DNA of 64,000 nucleotides, from assembly GCA_951406725.2 (NCBI GenBank), contig OX597817.1, forward strand, positions 62,558,001 to 62,622,000, given 5' to 3'. Below, in pieces: positions 17,659 to 31,515 of this stretch; the first letter of the stretch is position 1; the number at the start of each line of letters is the position of its first letter. Source of the stretch: Octopus vulgaris (lineage: Eukaryota). Position numbers and translations under genes: made by a program. The notes beneath the pieces were generated by a model that was not told where the DNA came from, made no database searches, and worked only from the letters and a program-made list of their open reading frames with translations.

Positions 17659-18194
17659 TGTCCGCACGTACTCAATGTATGTGCTTTGCATGTTCGCCGG
17701 TTCACTGCGGTAAATCGCTTGAAGGATGACACCCTCTTTGCACTGGGAATTAAAACACTTGGAAGTCATAGACATTCGAGACAACTCGTCCTAGATCCCA
17801 TTCAGGAGTGATGGTTACCGATATTAATATTTCGCCATTTCTGTGATGATGATAATAATAGCCGATATAAATATTGGGTAGTTGGTTGCTTGTTTGTTTG
17901 CTTGCTTGCTTACTTGAATCTTCCGTGACGCTTTACACCATATAGAGGAAGAAACAGATGTAACAACAAATAGTACCGAGAGAATTATTATGAGAAGTGC
18001 AGGCGGAGTGAAGAGAAACAATCATTGCGACAGGGAAGGAGGATAAGGAAGAGGAACATACATGACACAGTAGTAAAAGGAAGAGTTATATAAATGAGAA
18101 TTTCGCTTTATTTAATTCTACTTAACGTAATATATAGTTTTCTGTTGAAAATTACTATATTCGCTTCATTATTTTGCATAAATTACAGTTATTA

Positions 18195-18625
18195 TTTACT
18201 CTTTTTACTCTTTTACTCCTTTACTTGCTTCAATCATCATTTGACTGCACCCATGCTGGAGCACCACTTTTAGACGAGCAAGTCAACCCCAGGACTTATT
18301 CTTTGTAAGCCTAGTACTTATTCTATCAGTCTCTGTTGCCGAACAACTAAGTTACGTAAACACACCAGCATTGGTTGTCAAGCGATGTTGGGGGGACAAA
18401 CACAGACACACAAACATATGCACACACACATACATGTGTGTATATATATATATACATATAAACGACGGGCTACTTTCAGTTTCTCTCTACCAAATCCACA
18501 CACAAAGCTTTGGTCGGCCCGAGGCTATAGTAGAAGACTTACGACCAAGGTGCCACGCAGTGGGACTGAATCCGGAACCATGTGGTTCGTAAGCAAGCTA
18601 CTAACCACACAGCCACTCCTACGCC
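18195..18625 (-). mobile_element. SINE family B full-length copy
   Basis: (TTTTACTC)n tail and head ending CCACACAGCCACTCCTACGCC; colinear with other copies. Confidence 0.9.
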
Positions 18626-19422
18626 TAAGTCATGTTTCCTGATATCACCCATGGTGGGAAATATACTACCAAAGTTACCAGCCATATCATAAGTAATTCA
18701 AGGGGCAGGTAATTCGGTTGATCGAACATAAAATCTCATCGTCGAACGACGGAGGACCACTCTTAGTTCTATGATACCAATATATAACTTTTGTTAGTCT
18801 AAACTTGTATTGTTTCTGATAATGAATATATGTGTGTATAAGTGAAATTTGGCCAATATTTCTTGCATTTTTTAGTGATTATTTACAACCTTCTTTACTA
18901 GAGACAGCATGACGGGTGAAAATTTACTGTTGCAATACGAATAGAACGACATGCTTTATGATAGATGCATTAAATATTTTATGGTTACAACTTCCATAGA
19001 ATCTAGTTTCCTTTTTGTATATATCAAGCTAACGAGTTGAACGTTCGTCTATTTTTCTTTCCGTTTTCCGTTTTCTTTGTCTTTATTGCTTGTATGATTA
19101 TTAATACAAATATCTTCATTCTGCTATCAAACACTCGTAGATTGATGGGTGGTTTGGGTGACTAACAGAATGTTGGTGGCCATCTTCTATATTTTTACAT
19201 TAAATTCTCTTTTACACTTGCGAGAAAAAAAAACATTTAAATATGAAAATTACATATTTATTGATAGAATATTTGTAAAGTATATTAGACTATGTATAAG
19301 TAAAAGTCATGAGGGCATTGACTCTCTAGCATGAGATAAATCCCAATTTAATTTTAACGTAATCTTTAGGATTTTTCATTTAATCTTTTACATCTCAATT
19401 ATTTATAAATAACAGTTTGTTA

Positions 19423-19803
19423 TATTGGGGTTTGACAAAATATCAGAAACACCATAGCACCATAGCATCATAATTTTGAAATATCTATAAAACCGTCAAA
19501 AGCTTGTTTATTTTTATGTTTTTTTTATTTATTATTAGTGTTGCCTAATATGTTTTGCTAAAATTGCTGTTTCTTTTCAGATATCAGAAAAAGGTAGTTA
19601 AAATTTATTAAAATGATAGATCTACCGGACTTTCAAAGAGGTTAAATAGAGTAACGATAACAACCGAAATGTTTGGTGAATCAAGATGTACTGTCTCGAA
19701 AGTAATGACAGCCTTTGAGAAAAAGGGGGAAAATCATACCTCATATTAAAATCAATTTGTTTGAAATTTCAAGGTGTTTCCATTATTTTGTCCAACCCCT
19801 GTA
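19423..19803 (+). mobile_element. Internally deleted Tc1-like element
   Basis: TIRs TATTGGGGTTTGACAAAATATCAGAAACACC / GGTGTTTCCATTATTTTGTCCAACCCCTGTA. The interior encodes a Tc1 HTH-like N-terminus, M.DLPDFQRG...EMFGESRCTVSKVMTAFEKKG. Confidence 0.8.
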
Positions 19804-20289
19804 GAAGCACAAGTCCCGAAACTTCTAATCAATTATGCCGACTCAAACACTTGACTATTACCTTATTTCACTCACCTCAGAAAAATGAAAGACAAAGTTC
19901 ATCTTGATGGGACTTGAACCCAGAACGTAAAGAATCTGAAAAAAAATATTGCTAGTTATTTGGGATAGTTTCCTAAAATATTTTATCCATCGGTCCAAAC
20001 GCCAACATGCATCTGACGCTGTCGCTGGTCGCAGCTGGAAACAACTTTTATTTCTCTGATAGTTGTCGTGCTTTTCACCTATGTCTGCACGTGACATTGT
20101 CTCATATGGACAAATACTGCAAGAAGTGGCCTATCGACACTGCGTATACATGAACTATGACACGTCGTTGGTTATTTGATCCATTTTTTTTCGAAGTTGC
20201 TTTTGGTTTGATATTGTGTCTGAATTCAAACCATTTGCTTATGGTTGTAGGCCAAAGCTTTTTATTCATTCTAGTTTTTACTCTGGTTT

Positions 20290-20418
20290 ACTCTGGACAG
20301 ATGAAAGGCAAAGTCGACCTCGGCGGCACTCGAAGTGAGGACATAAAAACGGACGAAATGCAGCTAAACATTTTGTCTGCTGTACTATTGATTCTCACAA
20401 TTCGCTGCTTCAACAATA

Positions 20419-20454
<36 letters not shown>

Positions 20455-20665
20455 GTTTCAAATTTTACCACAAGAGCATTCATTTTGGTGGAGGGGATGA
20501 GTCGATTAGATTGACCTCAGTATGCACCTGATACTTAATTTATCGACACCGAAAGTATGAAAACCAATGTCAACTTCGGCGGAATTTGAGCTCAGAATGT
20601 AGTGACGGGAGAAATACTTCTAAGCATTTTGCCCGGTGTGCTAACAATCCTGCGAGCTCACAACC
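20290..20665 (-). mobile_element. Two SINE family A copies (older tail subtype) separated by (GAT)n
   Basis: GATGAAAGGCAAAGTCGACCTCGGCGG and GTCAACTTCGGCGGAATTTGAGCTCAGAATGT..GCCCGGTGTGCTAAC; tail GGTTTCAAATTTT. Confidence 0.8.
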
Positions 20666-20680
20666 TTAATAATGATGCTG

Positions 20681-20747
<67 letters not shown>

Positions 20748-20959
20748 TGATGATGATGATGATGGTGGTAATGAGGAAGAGGAGGAAGGGGAGGAAGATG
20801 GTGATGATGGTGATTGCGACGACGACGATGACGGTGATGATTATAATTGTGGTGGTGGTGGTGGTGGTGGCGGCGGCGGCGGCGGCGGCCATAGTACGGT
20901 CAGTACATCTATTTATTTACCAACTGTAAACAATTCTGCAGACAATCTATGAACTTACT

Positions 20960-22710
20960 GCTTATAGGAGTTGGTATGTTTAATTCGGATTACAAATATG
21001 ATCCAAAGTAACCTTGAAGAGAAGAAAATTAACAAGATAACCAAAACGTGTTAGGTATATCTTCTTGATTTACTCACCGAAGACAGCATTCGGATTTATA
21101 AGAAGAATTAATATGATATTCGGATTAGGAACATGCGACAAGGCAGCCTTGCAGACAGGAAAATTAAGAACACTAGTATTATGTTAGATAAAGAGAGATA
21201 GAAGACTTAAACCAGGCACAGACTTACAAATACTTAAGAATTAATGAACTAGACAGAGTTTAACACAGAGAAATGAAAAGAAAATCTAGACAGGAATATT
21301 ATAGACGTATTATATTAATACCTAAAACTGAGTTAAATGCGAATACTAAAAAAAAAAAGTAATAATAATAAACCTCAATACTCTAACTGTCCCGGGATTA
21401 GCTTATAATGATATACTCAACTAGTCGCTAAATGAAGGAAGGAAGCTAGACAGAAAAGCAAGGAAAATGATAACTGCATTTAGATGATACGACTCAAAAT
21501 TTATCATGGAAAAATTATATTTATCAGAAATAGGGGAGATGTGATATTTGTACAACTACAAAATTATTATAATATAGATAATACAGAACTACAAAAATAT
21601 TTAGTAAAGAACAATGAGAAATTATTACAAACAATAAATAAGTATTTGCAAACGGCCTCCCTTCATCGAAAACCGGTGATTGCCGTACGCCGAAGACAGG
21701 CAAATACCTAGAAACTGCAGTCCGTGCGTATCACTTAGGTTGACGAGAGAGGGATGACCCCCCTTTGCAAATACCATAAGAGCACAGAAAGTGTGCCTAA
21801 AGCCAGCTGGAGACGATGATCTCCTGGGGCTAAAAGCCACAGTAACATCCACCCTTAGTGCTTAGCCATATTGAGATGGCTAGTATACTTTACAAATCTA
21901 TTTTGTTTTCTTGAAAATTTCAAAGAAAAGCTGAAATGACAAACAATTGTGAGGAGAAAGAACCAACAGCAATAGAAATTATGGAAAAGAAAATTAAAAT
22001 TAAACTAAAAATGCTGCTACCGAAAGCCTACGTTGCCAATACCTAAAACAATAAATGGATGAGATGAAATAAGCACAGAAAATTTGCAATATATTTGGGA
22101 AGTGAAGGACCCAAAGTTCAGAATGAAAGATTTTTAAGTACGACACAGTGTCAGATTGGTTCCACCAGCCACCAAGTATGTAATGATACAGAATGCTTTA
22201 ATTAACTACAAAGTTCATGTCGTTTAGGAAGAATTAATATACCACACTATCTCTGGCTGCCAAGAAAGAATATTGCTACATGGATGACGCACTTGTTTTC
22301 ATATGACAGAAGTTATGCCTGCGTAAAAGAAATGTTCCAAATATGCAGCAGGAAATCTGTCGGATAATGGCATAATTTGGGAGAGGCCAAACTATACTGA
22401 CAGGAATATCACAGTTAATCTATTGACTATTATTGTCATACTTCCTATTCGTCAATACGTGGAATGTATCATAGAAAGAAATGGAGAAATTATCTGCGTA
22501 TAAAGATCTAGAAATACCGCTAGCAGAATATGAAGACTTGAAAGATAAAACAATTTCTATAATAATAAATACCTCTGAAATTACTAAAAGACATAAACAA
22601 TAAATCCAATATTTATAAACATGCAGAGCATACAGAAAGTAGAAACAATAGATGCGGTAATAACCAGTGAGAATATTGTATTTGTATCATTATGAAAAGC
22701 ATATTATCAC
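20960..22710 (+). pseudogene. Decayed R4/Dong-clade non-LTR retrotransposon (RT C-terminus, Zn knuckle, restriction-like endonuclease)
   Basis: Frameshifted remnants of FGL..C.KA.L..GK, TYKYL.INE, EYYRRI..I.KTELNA, KLDRKARKMIT, HTISGC, TDRNI..N..TII and EKLSAYKDLEI, in the order expected for R4/Dong ORFs. Interrupted by a GC-richer insert at ~21650-21885. Confidence 0.75.
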
Positions 22711-23797
22711 TAGAATTGAAGATTCTAATGATCTTATGGGAATCTGTACTCCCACAATGTGAACCTCTTTTATGTACAACTACGAAGTAAATACAGCATG
22801 AACACCTCTTCTCCGTTCGTTGGAAAACGGCTAGAGGAATGCACATGCTAGCCTGAATCTCTTCGGACGGAAGAACTCTGTTAAACAACGATATCCACTA
22901 TGAAGACCAAGTTTTACTTTAATAAATTCATCTATTTGTATAAAATCCTCATTATGCTGACATTCGTTTTCTTTACACCCGAGATGACACCGCAGCAATT
23001 AGGAACTACAGTGAGAGGAGATGCCCCGGGGGAATGATAAGACCAAATTCAAACCTGATGTGAGATTCCCAAATCACAAGTACCTGCTCAAATACCTTAT
23101 CAAATTATGACGCAGCAGATATCTTTTAAGGGATCAGCACCCGCCCCGTTCTACTTGCACTAAAACATTAGTAGAAATATATATAATACTTAAAAGTTAT
23201 ATCTCGATTTATTGTTCCAATAGCTTACATACAGGATTCTGTTTATTGTTCAAATAATATCATACACTTGTCTTGTATCTTTGGCAGGGCTGATAATTCC
23301 ATACTATTAAATAACAATAAATATGGTTGAATGTAAACTAAATCATGCAGCGACTGCCTGCTACTCTTTTCCTCCTATTTCTACTATAAATAGTCTCTTT
23401 TTTAAAAAAACCAGAACTTCTAACACTTTCGCCAGTAGAACTACTGTAAATCCCCATGTCTGTTGGTTTATGCTTATTTGAAATGTTTATGCATCAAATT
23501 CGAATTATGTATTCCTCAGCTTCAGCTGAATAATACTTGTTTCACTAATGTCGTTTGTAATTTTTTTATGGTGGCTCTGAACCGGTCTGCTGCTAGTATG
23601 ATTTATGTCTCACTAGTTTGTTTACACGCATTATCCAGACGCCTTCTAATACGAGCATACATAATACATTCATAATACATTTATGATACAGAGTAACGTT
23701 CGGCACAGGATTGCTTACAGTTTGATTCATTGTCTTTTAATCAGTGTTAATGGATTTTTTTTTCGGAACAGCTAAGTAGTATTATTCACGCTAAATG

Positions 23798-24520
23798 TGT
23801 TGGCGAGCTGGCAGAATCGTTAGCATGCCGGACGAAATGCTTAAGCGGTATTCTCCCGTCTTATTACGTTCTGTGTTCAAAGTCCGCTGAGGTTGACTTT
23901 CTCCTTCATTTTTCGAGGTCGATAAAAGAGCCAGTTTAACATCAGTGTCAATATAATGGTCTATCCACTTCATTTAGTTTGCTCTCGTCTGGAAACAATT
24001 ATTATTCAAGTAACAAAGAGGCAGAAACGTTTGCGCCTCAGCTAAAATGCTTAGCAGCATTTCTCCCGACTCATTACATTCTTCCTTCAAACACTATCGA
24101 ATTTAATTTTGTCTTTCATCCTTTCAGTGTCGATAAAATAAGAACCATTTGAGCAGTAGAGATCATGTAGTTGACATCCCCACTACCCTAAAATGTATGA
24201 TCTTGAGCCAAATGTTAAAACCATTAAAGGCGTGGAGCTAGCAGAATCCTTAGCACGTCGGCAAAGATGCTTCGTAGCATTTCTTCTGCTTCTTTACGTT
24301 CTGATTTCAAATCCTGCCAATATCATCTTTGCCATTCACCCTTTCGGGATCGATGAAATATGCACCATTTGAGCAGTAGAGATCATGTAGATGACATCCC
24401 CACTACCCTAAAATTTATGACCTTGAGCCAAATTTTAAAACCATTAAAGGCGTGGAGCTAGCAGAATCCTTAGCACGTCGGCAAAGATGCTTCGTAGCAT
24501 TTCTTCTGCTTTTTTTACGT
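23798..24520 (+). mobile_element. Tandem array of ~3.5 SINE family A copies containing a recent 220-bp-offset duplication
   Basis: Heads at ~23798, ~24018, 24228 and 24449. Segment 24144-24299 is nearly identical to 24364-24520. Confidence 0.85.
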
Positions 24521-27049
24521 GCTGGCGGTGTTAGAATGGACGAGAAGGTTAAGCCAACCACACAACAAGATCATGGTAAGATTTGAACCAGTTATGTCCA
24601 GGAGCCGATGTGATCGACAAGCTCCATTCCAAAAATATTTCTGACCCTGTGACCATGACACGCTAAAGACTTATCCAGGTTGGTGGGAACATGAGAGGAA
24701 AGTATCATCAAATGCTCTGACGACTCTGCAAAAACGCCATCTTAAGGGAATGCTTACAACAGAGTGAACGACACTACAGGTACCCAAGGTGCTAAGCGGC
24801 GGTGTTAGGGCCGATGAAGTAATTACCTGATAAACACTGGGTTTTGATGTAATTGAATTCCTCCTCCTCCTCCTCCCAAAATTCAAGCCTTATATTTATG
24901 TTACAAAGAATATGTCAGTCATTCTTACTGTTCTACCAACAGTACTTGGATCAGTACTTTATTATTGACCACGAAATCATGAAAGGCAATGTAGACCTCG
25001 GCCGGATTTGGGCTCATATCACAGTTGAAATGTCTCGAAATATATTTTGCAGGAGCTAGTGTTAGCCAATTTGATACAATTTTGCGGGAACTTGACATTG
25101 GCGACATATTTTTTCAACACTACTCTGAAAGACCTAGAGATTTTTTTCAATATATCTGTGAGATAGCTTGTTCTTATATATTACATTTCGTTGCTTCTGC
25201 TGTCCACGTCATGACAGATTTGTACATCCAAGTGAATCTGAGTGATGATAGGATATTTAATTGAATTTATATGTGTCTATTATATATGTTTTTCATTTAT
25301 ATTCTTGTTAATCTTGTAAACTTCTATGCTTGTTGTCCGAGGTATGTCTAATTCTAGTTTTAAGATAAGAACCCCTTAAAATATTTATGCTGAAATCACG
25401 TAAGTCCCTGTAGAAACATATAGTGAACTATATAGACATATATGCTTCCCTCCACTTCTAACAGCACACAGAATGTAACCACATAATATCTCAACTTGTG
25501 AACCAGAGATAAGACTGAGAATGATCTAACAGTGGCAATCAAGAATGTTGGAGTATATCAAGGAAAATAGATCTGGACACTGAATCAGAAAGTTACAACA
25601 AAAACATTCATATAAGTAGTGATCAAATCAAATTAACAGGAAAAATATATTATATATTCTCGTTTGTTTTGGAGAGAATGTTTGTTGTGTAACTGTGTAT
25701 GTTGTGTGTGAATTTCTGGATGTGTGTGTTTATCCATTTTGTTGGTTTGTATTATGTGGTACTTTCACAGGAGAGCCGTCATCTGCGAACATGTATACTT
25801 TGGTGGCATCTATCGTTCTTTCGCTAATTGTTTTAGGTGCTTATGTAGTCGCAATCAGACAAAAACATACTCGATTGATTCACTTGTTGGTAAAGACTGG
25901 CAGTAGATTAAATCAACCCCTAGCAGGATTTCCACGCGAAATTCAAACAGCCGGAATAAATAACGCCGAGAATTTTATCCGGCGGTGTATCAGTTTTGTC
26001 GGTCAAACTTCTATCAAACAGATAACACGAAACAAAAATATCAAGAGAAAACATACACAAGATCACTAAGAGAGAGACACTAGAAGGGAGTCCTACAGAA
26101 ACATCATGAGGAGTACTCAAGGAACGACTAACAAAGATACCTAGGAATACTAAAGAGAGACTACATTAACGCTAATTTGAAAATAGTCACCGACTCCATA
26201 CTAAAAATAATACACCAGCGCAATTATGAAGTACTTCAACACTTAAATAGGAGAAGAAAGAAAACTACTACTAGAATTCTAAAGCAACATATTTGTTGAT
26301 GATCTCTTAGTTGCGCACATGTCATTGTTCGCTTGCTTATTGGGTTATCCTGATGAGTTAAGAGTTGCGTAACATATTATGCAATCTTATGAATGTTGTG
26401 CATTCTGCATACTTGGCTATGCTATGCTTATGTCAACAAAAAGACTTTTAACGAAAAAAACTGTAGCAATATCAGATAATTCCTTTATCTATTTTTATTA
26501 TATGTGTATATATATGCGTGCTGTGCGAGCGCGCTTTCTTGTGTGTGTGCGTATGCATGTTCATACGTACATACATGCATACATGCATGCATATATACAT
26601 ACGTACGTTCATACGTACACAGATTTATACACACATATACATACTAATATACTTATATATACAAATGTGTGAGTATGAGAGAAACTTAGACTGCACAGAG
26701 GGCTGACAGCGCTTGACAAATAAAGAACCAATACAAACAAACAACTAAAACACTATTTAGCTGTAATAAAATAAACAAGTGGAAAGTAATTAGCCTAATG
26801 AGAAAACATTAAAGTACAAATAAGAAACTGTCTATACTCTAATGAAGAAAAAAAAAACACTAATTAAAACGAAATATTATTACTCATTAGTCTGTAAGAC
26901 TTGTCATTGCGCAAGTAATTCAGAGTGAAAGTCAAAAGAGAGTTGAAATATTTGGAGTAAAAGCAAGAACAGCGGTAAGATTTTAGGTGGCTGAATGAAT
27001 CAATGCATTGTGACATTAAAAATAAAGACAAAATAACGAGACAGAGTGT

Positions 27050-27430
27050 TAATTTCAAGATTATGTAATCAGATGAATGGAGCTATTTACCTCACCTATC
27101 TGTCCAGTCGTTAAGTCAGTAATATATCGATAGATGCAGGACTCTCACAAGTGATTTCCAAGTGATGGCTTCGTAGCAGGATAAATAACGATTAACTAGG
27201 CGACATTTCAAATTATTTATACTAGCAATAAGAACAAAATAATGTGACAAGGGTCTAATTTCAAGATTATGTAATCAGATGAATGGAGCATTTCACATCA
27301 GCTATCTGTCTAATCGTTAAGTCAGAAATATATCGATAGACGACATGCATTCCGATGTTAGGTCCATGTAATGGTTTCGTGGTAGGTTAAATAAGTTACT
27401 ATTAACTAGGTGACATTTCAAATAATCTAC
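27050..27430. repeat. Tandem duplication, ~206-bp period
   Basis: TAATTTCAAGATTATGTAATCAGATGAATGGAGC at 27050 and 27256; ATTAACTAGG(C/T)GACATTTCAAAT in both units. Confidence 0.85.
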
Positions 27431-27750
27431 AACTATATACGTAAAAGAAGAACAGGGTGACAGCCTAGGCGACAGTGCAATTGAGTGTCGACCAATTCAA
27501 CAAAACAACTGAGAGACATCACAAATATGTAACAGGGCATCTGGGTAACAGTGACAACAAAGTAGGTGACTCTGCAAATGGGTGTCCACTAAGAAGAGGA
27601 CAAAACAACTGACCAGGCTAACTAAACAACTAGACATTTTATCATTAATGAATAAATCTTAGGGTAGCAAAAAATTTAGAAAAGTTCTTTGCCTCCAGTG
27701 GTCTAGCGAGAAGAAAAGACTAGACTATATATTATTTATATAAAAAAATA

Positions 27751-27912
27751 CAGTGTACATAAGAGATGGCCATAACATGACATAAGGTAAATGTTTTTAT
27801 TTTTCATTCTCTTTCGAAATTACTACTATTTAGTGGTTTGTAGTTTAACTATATTTTCTTGCGAGTCAGATGTCCTGTTATGGCCATCTCTTATGTGTTT
27901 AAATGCACACTG
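27751..27912. mobile_element. Small inverted-repeat element (Tc1/mariner-type MITE candidate)
   Basis: TA|CAGTGT..ACATAAGAGATGGCCATAACATGACAT ... ATGTCCTGTTATGGCCATCTCTTATGT..ACACTG|TA. Confidence 0.65.
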
Positions 27913-28949
27913 TATTTTTATATACATTATTTTGGTAAACAGCAAAGTCCTGAGGCACGGGGTAATATGCATGAGGGACCTCTTAAAAAATTCCAAACTT
28001 TTCATCGAGAATTTCTGCTTCTACCAAGTTTCAGACTTACCGCTTTGTTTTTGTGATAGAGGGGCTCTTTATTTAGTCTACAATACATATTTTTTTTACT
28101 TTAGTATACAGTATGTTTGTTTTAGTTATTGAACACTTTCGTTCCTTTAATACCTTCATTCGCTAGGTCACCCTTTACCAGTGTCATTTTTGTTTAGCAT
28201 GTATTACAGTTAGGCACTAACAATAGAAAACTAATCTATCTTACAGAAAAAAGTTGTGCATTATTAAAGCTAGTAGTGTGTTGTATTATTTCTAATAAAC
28301 CTATCTCCACAAAATGGAAATAAACAGCCTACATGTCAGTATATATGTTTGTTTTTAAAGAACAGAATGATTCAATAATGACATTAAATCGACGGACTCA
28401 GTCGTAGAAAAGTGTCTAATTTGTTCCTAAAACATGATGAAAAATAAATTATTAAACATTATTTATACAATTACAGTTATAAAACCTTGTTATGGTGAAT
28501 AGCTGTGTGACATGATAAATGGGCAACAACATACCTAGAATAGTGTTATATCACACCCTGTGTTTTGTTTTGTTTTTGTATAGATATAATGAATGCTTGA
28601 TAATACGCAACTACATTTCTGTTCGTCCATTTTTTTTCACTTAAATCTTCTTACATAAATTCTGTGTTACGTTCTCATAGCCAATACTAACTGGATTTAT
28701 TATATAGACCCTGAGCGATACCGTTACGTCCTTAAAGCATTCAGCGGCGAAAATGTCAATGCCTTGTTTATTTTCATCAAGTTACGTTTTGTGCCATTCT
28801 CTTGCCATAATATTAGTTCTAGCTTCATTTACCATTGTTCATTAATCCGCACCACACAACGCAATCGTATATCGTGGTCAATATGCCTCCAGTTAAGTCC
28901 AGCTTGTCCGCGGATAAACACTTTATGAAGATAATGTAAATTTATTTCA

Positions 28950-29560
28950 TATCGCTGTTATCACATTATTCATCATATCCACCATTAGTTTAAAACATTC
29001 CACATATCACGTTGTTGCTTGTTCATTTTCATTGCTTTTTCCTTTAGTCTTATTGCTTAAGAATATAGAGCTCGAACTCTTCCATTTTCCATATAATAGA
29101 TATCCTAAACGAAACAGTCATAGATATATCGCAACATGTGGAAGCTTATTTTGACAAGCATTTATAGTGGAGAGTTTTAAATCCACCAATACGGTGGTTT
29201 TCCAATGTTTGGAATTGGAAATTCTCATGCTATTTCTTGAAAACTTCATCAAATGTCAAATTAATTATCTTCTCATATATTTTACATGAGAGTGCACAGA
29301 AGAGGAAATACCGTTTCCGACATTTTCCATGCATCGTTCAAAGACAATAAAAACATTTCTGGAACTACTAGGAAGCTTCCATAAATTTCCAAATTACTTA
29401 AAAGAGACAGGTAACGGACATTGTCATCAATGGATTAAAATGGATTTGCTCTGCGTTGTCATAATTTAAGCCAGTGTTAAGAAAACAAAAGTGAAGACCT
29501 GACACTATAGTGTCATATCTACACTCAGGATTTATCTTACACCTTGTCAGGGCTGACAAT
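28950..29560 (-). pseudogene. Probable highly decayed MULE-family transposase, DDE region
   Basis: Minus-strand remnants across frameshifts: GLN-YD, IL(I)DD..V.CL.SN, VPEMFL, LNDAW..VFPLLC(T)..HV, ILK...K...NK. The order matches the MULE pattern DxTHxxNxYDF..DE.G.G.PVA..SN / P..FMSD / NAW...F...LLC.WHV. Manual reading only. Confidence 0.4.
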
Positions 29561-29865
29561 TCTACAAACACAGATAAATCCCAAATATATTCAACAACAT
29601 CAATAACAACAATGAATTCTTGCCTACGCACAAATCACACGTTTTGTTGTAGGTTACAGTCAATTAGATTCCCTACAATATATAACTGGTTCTGTGCTTT
29701 ATCGACCTCTAAATTTACATAGGAATTGTTGACCCTGACAGACTTTGAACTAGGAAACCAATGTTCCATAATTAAATACTATCTGGCGTTCACCCAATCG
29801 CCATAATCTTTCTATCTCTCCTACTATAACGACGACTATTACTCCTACAGCAACACTAACAACTA

Positions 29866-30175
29866 TTATCACCCTGCGTGCGCAAGCAAGCCAGGGTATT
29901 GTAATCACTCGTCTTTGTCTGTGTTTTTGCAAAATTACAGGAAAACGACTGAACGGTTTTTCACCAAATTTGGCAGAAATATTTATTAAGTGGATTAAGA
30001 TGATGAAAATTTAGTTTGACTATCTATAAAACTCGTGGACGGGTGAATAAAAATGTTTTTCACACTGCAGATTTTATGCGAAAAAATTTATGTGCACGCA
30101 TCATTTCGACATGTTCTCAGCACAAAATTTTTTTACTAGCACATAAAAACATGTATTATATCTATTAAAGAATAT
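29866..30175 (+). mobile_element. Helentron/DINE-1-like non-autonomous element fragment
   Basis: Starts TTATCACCCTG...CAGGGTATTGTAATC (short 5' inverted repeat), then a GTCT-like tract and the CTGAACGGTTTTTCACCAAATTTGGCA core typical of HINE-type elements. Confidence 0.5.
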
Positions 30176-30194
30176 TTATCTCTCACCACATGCA

Positions 30195-30321
30195 GTACAT
30201 TTTTGTTGATCTTATCATCATGGCGATAAAATAAGTACCAGTTGAGTACATGGGTCGATGTAATCGACTATTTCCGTTCCCCAAATTTCAGGCCTTATGT
30301 GCATAAAGGATTATTATTATA

Positions 30322-30380
<59 letters not shown>

Positions 30381-30585
30381 GTTGGTGAGTTGGCAGAGTC
30401 GTTAGCACGCTGGATAACGCTGGATGAAATGCTTAGCAACTTTTCGTCCTTCTTTACGTTCTGAGTTCAAATTCTGCCGAGGTCGACTTTGCCATTCATC
30501 ATTCTGGTATCGATAAATTTAGTGCCAGTGAAACACTGGGGTCGATGTAATCGACTTATTCTCACCCCGATATTACTGGCCTTTT
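30195..30585 (+). mobile_element. SINE family A 3' half plus a full copy, separated by (ATT)n
   Basis: CGATAAAATAAGTACCAGTTGAG..GGGTCGATGTAATCGAC; second copy GGTGAGTTGGCAGAGTCGTTAGCACG..GAGTTCAAATTC..GAGGTCGACTTTGCC. Confidence 0.85.
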
Positions 30586-30678
30586 ATCATTATCATCATC
30601 ATCATCATCATCATCATTATTAACAAAAGTGTCGCTGAAGAGATCACGGATGCATGACGAAAGATTTCCGGTCAATTA

Positions 30679-30718
<40 letters not shown>

Positions 30719-31515
30719 GAAACTAATACTGCTACAACTGCTAAAGGTAATAGTCCTACTACCTCTATTTCAAATGCGAATATTAAATTGTTAATGCTGC
30801 CACAGCTGTTGCTATTACTGCAGCGATTACCACAACTGCTGCTATTACTACTACAAGTGAATTTTGGTGTCCCCTCATGGTTACTCATTCTCAGTTAAAG
30901 TCCTTCATGTTCAAAGTTCGTATACCTCCGAGGTCAACTTTACCTTCCAAACTTGTAAGGTCGATATTGGAGTCAATGACTGTTCGCCTACAGCAAAATT
31001 CTGGCTTGATGGAAGTAACCATTACTTAAGGTGGTAAACAGGGAATAGCCAGAATAGTCTTAAATACATCTCATTCTTTCAGACTCACTGGAATCGATAG
31101 CATCAACTAATATTCTTGCCTCAAAATTACTGGCCGCGTCTCTAAATTAGAAAAGAAAACTTATTATATACAGAAACCATTATTATTTCATTCCTCCATT
31201 ATTATTTCATTGCTCATTATTATTTCATTACTAGATATAAGAGCTAAAATGCTCTAATTCCGCTCTAAATGCTCTAATGAAAACATATACACTAACATGC
31301 CGACCAAGAATTCTTAAGTAAGGCTGACGTCAGTTTCCGGAATTTCCGTTGTCACCATCAGTTAAGCCAATTTGGTGTTCAGCTTTTTCCGTACCTGTTT
31401 CTCTATTAGTATATATGCTTTCGTCATCCAAATTAATGGATGATTTAGTGATTCACTGTGTATACATAAAATTAATATAAACAGCAGGTTGCAATGTTGG
31501 ACCAAAAAGGAGAAT

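Noticed and set aside
20602-20952. Poly-N/D/E/G ORF resembling an acidic low-complexity protein
   Set aside because: Starts inside an antisense SINE and runs through trinucleotide microsatellites; no supporting splice or coding context.
23798-24520. Regularly spaced repeats that could suggest a CRISPR-like array
   Set aside because: Units are ~220-bp SINE copies in a eukaryotic context, with no unique spacers or cas genes.
25695-26069. 124-aa ORF with a transmembrane-like segment
   Set aside because: Non-ATG start in TG-rich sequence, no recognisable family and no supporting splice structure.
26345-26400. CTGATGAG followed by a long hairpin, resembling a hammerhead; FVGQT (YIG-like) motif upstream at ~25995
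   Set aside because: The GAAA box reads GAAT and no stem I/III partner is found. At most a decayed PLE remnant, not supportable.
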